Shown: positions 28,461-36,858 of the stretch, piece after piece | How positions within the stretch are numbered: the stretch's first letter is position 1 | Layout of the letters: the number at the start of each line of letters is the position of its first letter | IMG/VR virus record: IMGVR_UViG_3300009703_001822 | DNA length: 64,000 bases | Strand: one strand, 5' to 3' | DNA from: a virus | Position numbers and translations under genes: made by a program | The notes under the pieces: generated by a model | Databases searched by the model: none | What the model was told of the DNA's origin: nothing | What the model saw: only the letters and a program-made list of their open reading frames with translations

Positions 28461-29014
28461 ACATATTTTTACTACATGAAAATCCTGTACTATGTGCAGA
28501 ACAGCATTGTGATAAACATGTCGTTAAAATGGTTATTGAGTACGCACAGCTCATGTCAACAGCACACCGGGTATTAGACGGAGATCTATATGAAGACAAA
28601 ACAGCAGCAGGAAGACGAATTAAAAGATGGCGACATCCTAATTCTAATATGGAGGCTACACTTTACAAGGCTAGCCACATCAATCACCCAGATGGTATAT
28701 GGGTTAGAAGCAGTGATGCCAATTATAATTACCTATATAATCTATGGTGTAGGTTATCTGAGGAATATACTCACAGGTATGGTAGGACACACTTGACACA
28801 GGAAAAACTAGAAAATTTACTTAGGTTTGCTCCTAAGAATATTGAACATGCACCAATGGCAGATGTCCATGGCTTGCCACTTGCTATGCCAGATGATGTA
28901 AAAGGTAAGAGTGTAGTAAAATCTTATCGTAGGTATTACAACAAATACAAAATTGACTTTGCTAAATATACAAACAGAGAGGAACCAGAATGGCTATTAA
29001 GAACAGGTACATAA
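28457..29014 (+). CDS. Pyrimidine-dimer DNA glycosylase (DenV-like) family protein
   Basis: MNIF.L...P..CA..HCDKHVVKM..E.AQL, NHP..IW, EYTHRYG..H. Confidence 0.75.
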   Translation: MNIFLLHENPVLCAEQHCDKHVVKMVIEYAQLMSTAHRVLDGDLYEDKTAAGRRIKRWRHPNSNMEATLYKASHINHPDGIWVRSSDANYNYLYNLWCRLSEEYTHRYGRTHLTQEKLENLLRFAPKNIEHAPMADVHGLPLAMPDDVKGKSVVKSYRRYYNKYKIDFAKYTNREEPEWLLRTGT

Positions 29015-29376
29015 AAGTATCATTTCAAAGAGAAGGAATACATAAGTTTCCAGGAGCAGATACAAATCCTGATTATGCTACAGGTGACTGGCGAGATGTT
29101 AGTTTCCTAGGTTATCCTCATAGGCATATCTTTTATTTTTATGTAACACTAGGTGTTTCTCATAACGATAGAGATGTAGAGTTCATACAATTTAAGCGAG
29201 AACTAGAAAGACAGTTTGAACAAGGAACATTACAACTAGATTACCAGTCTTGTGAGATGATAGCAGAGTCTCTTATAAATTATATAGAAGAGAAGTATCC
29301 TAATCGTGCAGTAAGAGTTGAAGTGTATGAAGATAATGAAAATGGAGGCATACTAGAGAATGATTTATTTAATTGA
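28990..29376 (+). CDS. T-fold protein, candidate CDG decarboxylase (DpdL-like)
   Basis: LGYPHRHIF (LxxxHRHxF), EFIQFK, SCEMIA QueD-like elements; a second T-fold gene in the cluster. Confidence 0.6.
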   Translation: MAIKNRYIKVSFQREGIHKFPGADTNPDYATGDWRDVSFLGYPHRHIFYFYVTLGVSHNDRDVEFIQFKRELERQFEQGTLQLDYQSCEMIAESLINYIEEKYPNRAVRVEVYEDNENGGILENDLFN

Positions 29377-30424
29377 TTTAGAATATGTCGAGACACGATA
29401 CACAGCACAATGGAAAACAGAATTTCCTCAGCAAATAGCAGATCAAACAGGACAAGATATAACAGTTATTGAAGGTCCAGAAGATATTGCAGCGTGTACA
29501 ACACCAGGTGCCTTCTTAAACTTTGCAGGCACAAACATATACAAATCAGAACAAGTAAAACTTCTTGCAGAATATTTTAACAACAATGAGATTAAGAACG
29601 GAGATCATTTTGTCTTTGCAGACGCTTGGCATCCAGGTATTCTTAATCTTAAATACATGTTAGATTTATTTCAGATAGATGCAACAATACATGCACTATG
29701 GCATGCAGGCAGTTATGATCCTCAGGATTTTTTAGGTAGATTAATAGGAAATAAACCTTGGGTTAGGCATACAGAACTAGCTTTCTTTGATGCTATAGAT
29801 AAAAACTATTTTGCTAGTAACTTTCATATTGAATTATTTGTTAATACAATGTTTCCTGGCAATAATGATCCTGAATATTTAAATAGTAAAATTGTTAGAA
29901 CAGGTTGGCCTATGGAATACTTAGGCAACTATATACAACCTCAAAGATTAGTGAAAGAAGATATTATTTTGTTTCCTCACAGGGACGCACCCGAGAAACA
30001 ATTAAATATATTTCAAGACTTGGCAAAAGAATTGCCACAGTATAAATGGATTAATTGTAATGAATTGAATCTTACGAAACCAGAATACAATTCATTATTG
30101 GAACAATCTAAAATGGTTTTCTCAGCAAACTTACAAGAGACATTAGGTATTAGCTGTTATGAAATACTAATGGCAGGTGGTATTCCACTTGTACCTAACA
30201 GACTTTCTTATGTAGAAATGTATGAGGATATATTTAAGTATCCTTCTATTTGTACATTAGACTGGAAAGGCTATCAGGATAATAAACAAATGCTTATAGG
30301 AAAGATAGAAACAATGATGGAAAATTTCCAAGCAGAAGAAATACAAACGGCAATTAAGAATAATAGAACAATGTTGCAGGAGGAATACTTTACGGCAACA
30401 AACTTATATCAGGAGTTAAGATGA
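29360..30424 (+). CDS. GT-B glycosyltransferase
   Basis: LFPHR.APEKQ, ETLGIS..E...G.IP.VP (GT4-like ExxG..xxE), WHAG. Confidence 0.75.
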   Translation: MIYLIDLEYVETRYTAQWKTEFPQQIADQTGQDITVIEGPEDIAACTTPGAFLNFAGTNIYKSEQVKLLAEYFNNNEIKNGDHFVFADAWHPGILNLKYMLDLFQIDATIHALWHAGSYDPQDFLGRLIGNKPWVRHTELAFFDAIDKNYFASNFHIELFVNTMFPGNNDPEYLNSKIVRTGWPMEYLGNYIQPQRLVKEDIILFPHRDAPEKQLNIFQDLAKELPQYKWINCNELNLTKPEYNSLLEQSKMVFSANLQETLGISCYEILMAGGIPLVPNRLSYVEMYEDIFKYPSICTLDWKGYQDNKQMLIGKIETMMENFQAEEIQTAIKNNRTMLQEEYFTATNLYQELR

Positions 30425-30876
30425 GAGATTACAAATACTACTCAACAAAAACCTATGGACATGAAGAAGGTCTTTCATGTATGTTTAGACAACCTTTAGC
30501 AACGCATAGTCATTGTAGTTTACTACATGGTTACGCTTTGTCTTTTAGTTTCAAGTTTGGTTGTAACCACCTTGACGATAAAAATTGGGTAGTTGATTTT
30601 GGAGATTTAAAAGACTTAAAGGCATGGTTAAAAGATTCTTTTGATCACAAACATGCAGTGGCTAAAGACGATCCTGAACTACAAGAGTTTTTATTAATAG
30701 AACAAAAAGGATTATCAGAAGTAAGAGTAATGAACGGAGTAGGATGTGAAAAGTTTGCAGAACAAGCTTTCCATTTTGCTAATGATTTAGTAAGCAAAAA
30801 AAGTAATGGTAGATGTTATTGCGTATCATGTGAAGTTCGAGAACACGGAGCTAACAGCGCAATATACGAGGGCTAA
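30421..30876 (+). CDS. queD: 6-carboxy-tetrahydropterin synthase (variant)
   Basis: HC.LLHGY, VVDFGDLK, FDHK, CEKFA, EVRE...NSA.Y. Confidence 0.85.
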   Translation: MRDYKYYSTKTYGHEEGLSCMFRQPLATHSHCSLLHGYALSFSFKFGCNHLDDKNWVVDFGDLKDLKAWLKDSFDHKHAVAKDDPELQEFLLIEQKGLSEVRVMNGVGCEKFAEQAFHFANDLVSKKSNGRCYCVSCEVREHGANSAIYEG

Positions 30877-30878
30877 TT

Positions 30879-31940
30879 ATGAAAGTAGCCCTTGTTACAG
30901 ACACCCATTTTGGTGCCAGATCAGATAGTTTAGCATTTGATGCTTACTTTGCCAAATTTTATGATGAATGTTTCTTTCCTTACTTAGAGAAGGAAGGTAT
31001 AAAAACAGTATGTCATTTAGGTGATATATTTGATAGGCGTAAGTATATAAATTTTAATACTTTGAAGTCTTGTAAAAGATATTTCTTTCAGAAGGCACAG
31101 GATTTAGGTATTGAAATACACATGATTCCAGGTAATCATGATACTTATTTTAAAAATACAAATGATGTAAACAGCCCTGACTTATTGTTAGGAGAATACA
31201 ATAACATAATATTATATCAGGAACCTACTGAGATAATGTTAGACAGACATAAGGTATTATATTTACCTTGGATATGTGGAGAAAATTATGACAGGACTAT
31301 GGCCAAAATTAAAGAGTCTGACGCAAAGACTTGCTTCGGACATTTCGAATTCGCAGGTTACTTCCTTCTGCCTGGAATGCCTAATCTCCATGGCATGGAT
31401 ACTGACGCTTTTACTGATTTTAATCTTGTGGTCAGTGGCCACTTTCATCATCGTCATAGCAGAGGCAATATTACATACATGGGAAACCCTTATGAAATCA
31501 CTTGGTCTGACTACAAAGACCCTCGTGGATTCGCCTTATTCGATACGGTTAAAGGAGATTTGGAATACATCAACAACCCGTTTAGAATCTTCCACAAAGT
31601 TTATTACGACGATTCAGATTTCGAAGGTAGCAATGCTCTTAGCAATTTTGATTTTAATAGTATTGTTGGTGGTAGTGTTAAATTAATAGTAACAAAGAAA
31701 ACAGACTTCTCTAAATTTGATAACTTCGTAGATAAATTATATACATGTAATCTAATTGATCTTAAAATTATAGAAGACTTCTCAGAGTTTGAAGACGAAG
31801 CTCTAGGAGAAGATATAGATTTAGAGGATACAATGACACTACTAAAAGAATATGTAGATGTTGTTGAAACAGATTTAGATAAACAAAGGATTAAGAACTT
31901 ACTACAAAGCCTCTACATCGAGGCACAAGATACAGTATGA
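30879..31940 (+). CDS. gp47: Recombination nuclease gp47 (Mre11/SbcD-like)
   Basis: TDTHFG, LGD.FD.R, GNHD, SGHFH. Confidence 0.95.
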   Translation: MKVALVTDTHFGARSDSLAFDAYFAKFYDECFFPYLEKEGIKTVCHLGDIFDRRKYINFNTLKSCKRYFFQKAQDLGIEIHMIPGNHDTYFKNTNDVNSPDLLLGEYNNIILYQEPTEIMLDRHKVLYLPWICGENYDRTMAKIKESDAKTCFGHFEFAGYFLLPGMPNLHGMDTDAFTDFNLVVSGHFHHRHSRGNITYMGNPYEITWSDYKDPRGFALFDTVKGDLEYINNPFRIFHKVYYDDSDFEGSNALSNFDFNSIVGGSVKLIVTKKTDFSKFDNFVDKLYTCNLIDLKIIEDFSEFEDEALGEDIDLEDTMTLLKEYVDVVETDLDKQRIKNLLQSLYIEAQDTV

Positions 31941-33634
31941 TACATTTTAAAAATATTAAATGGAAGAACTTCCTATCTACAGGTAATGCATGGACAGAGA
32001 TAGATTTAGATAAGAGTCCTAGTACATTAATTGTAGGAGAGAACGGCTCTGGTAAATCCACTTTACTAGATGCTTTGACTTTTGCACTATTTAATAAACC
32101 TTTTAGAAATGTCTCGAAGCCTCAACTAATAAACACAATTAATAATAAAAATTGCCGTGTGGAAATTAACTTCCAAATAGGTAGCAAAAACTATTGTATA
32201 AAAAGAGGATTACAACCTAGAGTATTTGATATAGAAATAAATGGAGACAAGCTCGATAAGAATGCTAACATACGAGACTTCCAAAAATACCTAGAAGAGA
32301 ACATTTTAAAACTTAACTATAAGAGTTTTACTCAGATAGTTATGTTAGGTAGTGCGTCTTTTACACCCTTCATGCAGTTGCACTTAGGTGCTAGGCGTGA
32401 GATTATTGAGGACATATTGGACATCAGTATTTTTACAAGTATGAACTCTGTCCTTAAAACAAAATTAGTTCAATTAGAAAATGATAAAAGAATATTAGAA
32501 GGCGAAATAGAAGTAGCAAAGCAGAAAGCAAATATTCAAGAACAATATATACAAACACTAGAGGATGATAAGTCTTCTAAAATTTCAGTAATCCAACAAT
32601 CTATTAAGGAAGCAGATGAACAGATCACGGTTTCAACGGCAACAAAGAATGCTCTCGATGAGGAGAAGGCGGGTTTACATGATCCATCACATAAAAAACA
32701 ACAGCTCGAACAATACAGGACAAAGTTCGAAAGTCAAATCCAAAAGCACAGAAGAGACTTAGACTTCTTCCATAATACAGACGAGTGTCCTACATGCCAG
32801 CAAGGTATAGAGCATGATCATAAAGAGATTATGACACAAAGAGATGAGAATAAAATTTCAGAACTGGAGTCTGCTCTAATAGAACTGGATACGCAGTATA
32901 GCGAGGTAGAACAACTTGTTAAACAAGCTCTAGAGTTGGATGAAAAGATCATGGAAACTAATAATGAAATGATTACTCAACAAAGAATTATACAACGCTT
33001 ACAATTAGAGCTTAGTGATACTCAAACTAAGACAGGAAATATAACAGACGAAAAAGATAAGCTAAAGAAACTTGCAAAGAAAACATTAGGCAAAGTACAA
33101 GACAAAACTACATTAACAGAAAATGAACATTATTATGATGTAGCAAAATCTATGTTACAGGATACCGGAATCAAGACTAAAATTATAAAAGCATACTTGC
33201 CTATAATAAATAAGTTGGTTAACAAATATCTACAGGCAATGGATTTCTTTGTTCAGTTTGATTTAGATGAAACATTTAAAGAAACTATTAAGAGTAGACA
33301 CAGAGATAAATTTAGTTACGCATCCTTTAGTGAAGGCGAGAAACAAAGAATAGATCTAGCATTAGTGTTTACTTGGAGAACTATTGCTAAGATGAAAAAC
33401 TCTGCCAGCACTAACATACTATTATTAGATGAAGTGTTTGATAGCAGTTTAGACAACCAGGGTACAGACTATGTAATGTCCTTGTTGAACACAATAGGCG
33501 ATGACACGAATGTCTTCGTAATCTCGCACAAGGGTGATCAACTGTTTGACAAATTTAGATCTGTAATTAGATTTGAGAAAAGACAGAACTATTCTGTTTT
33601 AGAAAATCGGAAAAGAGAAAATGAAATTAACTAA
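31937..33634 (+). CDS. gp46: Recombination ATPase gp46 (Rad50/SbcC-like)
   Basis: GENGSGKS, CPTC hook, FSEGE, LDEVFD. Confidence 0.95.
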   Translation: MIHFKNIKWKNFLSTGNAWTEIDLDKSPSTLIVGENGSGKSTLLDALTFALFNKPFRNVSKPQLINTINNKNCRVEINFQIGSKNYCIKRGLQPRVFDIEINGDKLDKNANIRDFQKYLEENILKLNYKSFTQIVMLGSASFTPFMQLHLGARREIIEDILDISIFTSMNSVLKTKLVQLENDKRILEGEIEVAKQKANIQEQYIQTLEDDKSSKISVIQQSIKEADEQITVSTATKNALDEEKAGLHDPSHKKQQLEQYRTKFESQIQKHRRDLDFFHNTDECPTCQQGIEHDHKEIMTQRDENKISELESALIELDTQYSEVEQLVKQALELDEKIMETNNEMITQQRIIQRLQLELSDTQTKTGNITDEKDKLKKLAKKTLGKVQDKTTLTENEHYYDVAKSMLQDTGIKTKIIKAYLPIINKLVNKYLQAMDFFVQFDLDETFKETIKSRHRDKFSYASFSEGEKQRIDLALVFTWRTIAKMKNSASTNILLLDEVFDSSLDNQGTDYVMSLLNTIGDDTNVFVISHKGDQLFDKFRSVIRFEKRQNYSVLENRKRENEIN

Positions 33635-33845
33635 AACATTTTTACCATTAATATTATTTTTAACAGGCTGTAACTCACAAGGTTATTCTACTGTAGGAGA
33701 CTATACATTAGGACCTGATGAAATTAAATGTCCTGACAGTCATTTTGCCTATTGTGAAGGTAACACACCTAACAATATGGAATGTCAATGTGTAGATAGA
33801 AAGTATCAGCGAGATGTTTTCGACAGGCTGAGTGGTGGCTGGTAA
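33621..33845 (+). CDS. Small Cys-rich lipoprotein
   Basis: Signal peptide with LTG-C lipobox and four further Cys. Confidence 0.6.
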   Translation: MKLTKTFLPLILFLTGCNSQGYSTVGDYTLGPDEIKCPDSHFAYCEGNTPNNMECQCVDRKYQRDVFDRLSGGW

Positions 33846-34131
33846 AGGAAGTAAGCGTAGACCTGGAAAAGGATATGCAGATGGTTGGGATAGAATTTTT
33901 AAAAGGAAAGATATGATTACAATATATGGAAAACCAAGATGTCCTTTTTGTGATAGAGCAAAAGCATTATGTGAACAAAAAGGATTGGATTACGAATACA
34001 AAATGTTAGATGCAGATTATACTGCTGAGGAACTGTTTGAAAAAGTTCCTAATGCTAGAACATTTCCACAGATTTTTATCAATGATGAGCCTATAGGAGG
34101 CTATACAGACTTGGAGAAATTACATGGCTGA
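33832..34131 (+). CDS. Glutaredoxin (internal ATG 33913) with an in-frame basic N-terminal peptide
   Basis: CPFC, TFPQIFI...IGGY; second RBS AAGGA before 33913. Confidence 0.88.
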   Translation: MVAGKGSKRRPGKGYADGWDRIFKRKDMITIYGKPRCPFCDRAKALCEQKGLDYEYKMLDADYTAEELFEKVPNARTFPQIFINDEPIGGYTDLEKLHG

Positions 34132-34471
34132 TTTTACAGGTACAGGATATATTCCTTTACCATCTAGTCTAAACATAAAAGACAGTCCTATCCATGGACA
34201 AGGTCTTTTTGCTAAGACAGATATAAATTCAGATACTGAACTAGGAGAGTCCCATGTATTTCTTATGCAAGACTGGGACGGAGAAGAGTTCAAAAGAAAA
34301 GAATGGTTGCGTACTGCTTTAGGTGCATTTATAAATCATAGTAATACACCAAACTGTTCTGTAGAAATAAGATATAATGTAGGAGCACTTATTACATTAC
34401 AAGAAATACAAGCAGGAGATGAAATTACTGTGACATACGATGAAGAGGCATTTAAAGAATTAGGACTATGA
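34124..34471 (+). CDS. SET-domain protein 1
   Basis: SPIHGQGLFA, FINHSNTPNC, IQAGDEITVTY. Confidence 0.85.
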   Translation: MADFTGTGYIPLPSSLNIKDSPIHGQGLFAKTDINSDTELGESHVFLMQDWDGEEFKRKEWLRTALGAFINHSNTPNCSVEIRYNVGALITLQEIQAGDEITVTYDEEAFKELGL

Positions 34472-34818
34472 GTTTTGATAAAGACACTTATCGTCCTTTA
34501 CCAAAAGGTTTAACGATAAAAGAATCTAAAATAGATGGATTAGGATTACATGCTTCTATACCTCATAGTGCAGGTACAAAGTTTGGCGAGACACATGTAT
34601 TAGTACATAGTAGAGATAGACACGAGTGGGTAAGAACACCCTTAGGAGGTTTTATAAATCATAGTAATAATCCTAATTGTTTTATAACAACAGAAGCAGG
34701 TGATAGAACATTATATGCTATAAAACCTATTAAAAAAGGAGATGAGCTAACAGTCTTTTATAGGTTCAAAGGTTATGATGGAATAATAAATAGTGACATA
34801 CAACCAGATGTAGGATAA
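34468..34818 (+). CDS. SET-domain protein 2
   Basis: SKIDGLGLHA, FINHSNNPNC, IKKGDELTVFY. Confidence 0.85.
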   Translation: MSFDKDTYRPLPKGLTIKESKIDGLGLHASIPHSAGTKFGETHVLVHSRDRHEWVRTPLGGFINHSNNPNCFITTEAGDRTLYAIKPIKKGDELTVFYRFKGYDGIINSDIQPDVG

Positions 34819-35393
34819 TGAAAAAAGAAACTATAACAGAGACAAAAGAAGTAACAGCAGTAGATGAATTACATTTATTGCCTTTTAACGACCCTTTATT
34901 AAAAAGAAAGCCAGAGCCTTTTGACTTTGACAAACAAGATGCCAAAGATATTAAACAAAAATTACTTAATAAGATGATGGATCTCGGAGGCGTAGGGTTG
35001 TCTGCAAACCAAGTAGGTTTAGATATGGCAGTCTTTGTAATAGGTGATGGCCAAATAGACGGAATGCAAAAAGCATTCTTTAATCCTATGATTATAGGTG
35101 TAGGTGATGAAACAGATTCAATGAGAGAAGGTTGTTTATCTTTTCCTGGAGTGTGGTTAATGGTTAACAGACCTAAACAGGCAATGATCAAGTACTATGA
35201 TGAAGAAGGTGAAGAACAAATGGAAACCTATGAAGGTGTAACGAGTCGTGTAATACAACACGAATACGATCACATGCTAGGGTTAAACTTCACAATGAGA
35301 GTATCTAAACTCAAATTGGATAGAGCAATGAAGGCTATAGATAAGAAGGTTAAGAAGTACCAAAGAGCCAAGAAACGCTCTAAACAAATATAA
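34818..35393 (+). CDS. def: Peptide deformylase
   Basis: GVGLSANQVG, EGCLS, QHEYDH. Confidence 0.95.
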   Translation: MKKETITETKEVTAVDELHLLPFNDPLLKRKPEPFDFDKQDAKDIKQKLLNKMMDLGGVGLSANQVGLDMAVFVIGDGQIDGMQKAFFNPMIIGVGDETDSMREGCLSFPGVWLMVNRPKQAMIKYYDEEGEEQMETYEGVTSRVIQHEYDHMLGLNFTMRVSKLKLDRAMKAIDKKVKKYQRAKKRSKQI

Positions 35394-35396
35394 ATA
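35389..35396 (+). promoter_or_regulatory. T4 late promoter
   Basis: TATAAATA. Confidence 0.6.
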
Positions 35397-35415
35397 GTAT
35401 TAAAGGAGACGAACA

Positions 35416-35769
35416 ATGGCAGAAGATTTTGATTTTGGTTTTACAGCTGTTGATGAGCCCGAAGATCGTGGCACACCAACACAAGTCCAGCCTTCTGTAA
35501 ATAACGACGAAGTACTTGATGAGATTAAGAAGTTAGAAGCTAAGCTTTTACAGATTGATAACTCAGGTATGGTAGACGAACATAAGGCACTCGTTGAACA
35601 AGATGTGGCAACAAAACTTCGTGATGTAGAGGATCTTGTCCTCCCTTTACTTTACAATTTACAAAAAAATCCTGAAAAGGAATACATTCATTGGCCTAAT
35701 AGAACGGCTATTATTGATAAACAAATTGAAAAGATAAAGGCGGTAACAAGATACTATGAGCGAGTCTAA
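35416..35769 (+). CDS. Hypothetical protein
   Basis: AAGGAG RBS; FDFGFTAVD and PLL.NL.KNP...YI.WPNR patterns. Confidence 0.6.
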   Translation: MAEDFDFGFTAVDEPEDRGTPTQVQPSVNNDEVLDEIKKLEAKLLQIDNSGMVDEHKALVEQDVATKLRDVEDLVLPLLYNLQKNPEKEYIHWPNRTAIIDKQIEKIKAVTRYYERV

Positions 35770-36361
35770 TAATAATTTAAATAAGAACCAAGTAGGAAAC
35801 GCATACCAAAGACCAGTAGCAAATATTTATGATTTGTATCTCACAGGTGCGATTGGAGATGCAAAAGAATATCAAGACTGGAATCAAATGATGAGAGCAG
35901 CTGGAGAGAATGATGCTGTTTATCTACATATTAATTCTAATGGCGGTGAGATATTTAGCGCTATACAGTTGATGAGAACGATGCAGGAAACACAAGCAAC
36001 AGTTATTGCCTCAGTAGAAGGTATGTGTATGTCAGCAGCAACTCTTATTTTCCTAACAGCAGATGTATGTGAAATATCAGAACATAGTCATTTCATGTTC
36101 CATACATACAGTTCAGGTAATTGGGGTAAAGGTAGTGAACAATTAGCAGGTGTTATGGCAGATGATAAGTGGGCTAGGCATTTGTTCAATACAGTTTACA
36201 AAGGATTCTTAGAGCCTAAAGAAATTAAGGAAATGATAGATGGTAAAGACTTTTGGATGAATCCAGCAGAAGTAAACAAAAGACTTGAAGCCAGGAATAA
36301 GAAACTTAGCGTACCAAAAGGGAGACAAAAAGCTTTACTTCGTCCTAAAAAGGCTTCATAA
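35756..36361 (+). CDS. ClpP-like serine protease
   Basis: LHINS.GG, G.C.SAAT, FMFH, DFW. Confidence 0.8.
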   Translation: MSESNNNLNKNQVGNAYQRPVANIYDLYLTGAIGDAKEYQDWNQMMRAAGENDAVYLHINSNGGEIFSAIQLMRTMQETQATVIASVEGMCMSAATLIFLTADVCEISEHSHFMFHTYSSGNWGKGSEQLAGVMADDKWARHLFNTVYKGFLEPKEIKEMIDGKDFWMNPAEVNKRLEARNKKLSVPKGRQKALLRPKKAS

Positions 36362-36382
36362 TAAGCAATAAAGGAGAAGACT

Positions 36383-36850
36383 ATGAAAGAATTTTTACAG
36401 TTTATCAGCGTAATGATTATATTTGCTTTGGTGGCAGGCTTTTCACCTAAAGCAGAGGCAGCAGATACAAGTGATGTAATTGCTGGAATAATTTTTGGAG
36501 GAATATTAGGATCTCAGATTGAGAAGAATAAAGATAACTCAACTGAATATGCAACTATTGTTCTTCCTAATGGAACATTAGTAGTCCCACAGAGGGACAC
36601 TAATCAAAAGTGTTATTTCCGTTTAGACAGAGATGGATTGCCTAAGTATGCAACACCAGAATGTTTTGACAGTGGAGATGATAATACCTATTGGGGTAAG
36701 AAAAGAAATAATTCTTACTACAATAGACACCGTAACTATATGACACCCGAGGAACATTTTAGACATAATTTTCCTTGTGGTTCAGAGTGGGGTTATGGAT
36801 GTGGGAAATTAATTGAAAAATTAAAGGACCCAAATTTCAGTTTTAAATAA
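36383..36850 (+). CDS. Exported/membrane protein with glycine zipper
   Basis: AEA-A signal peptide, AGIIFGGILG. Confidence 0.55.
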   Translation: MKEFLQFISVMIIFALVAGFSPKAEAADTSDVIAGIIFGGILGSQIEKNKDNSTEYATIVLPNGTLVVPQRDTNQKCYFRLDRDGLPKYATPECFDSGDDNTYWGKKRNNSYYNRHRNYMTPEEHFRHNFPCGSEWGYGCGKLIEKLKDPNFSFK

Positions 36851-36858
36851 GGAGTGAT

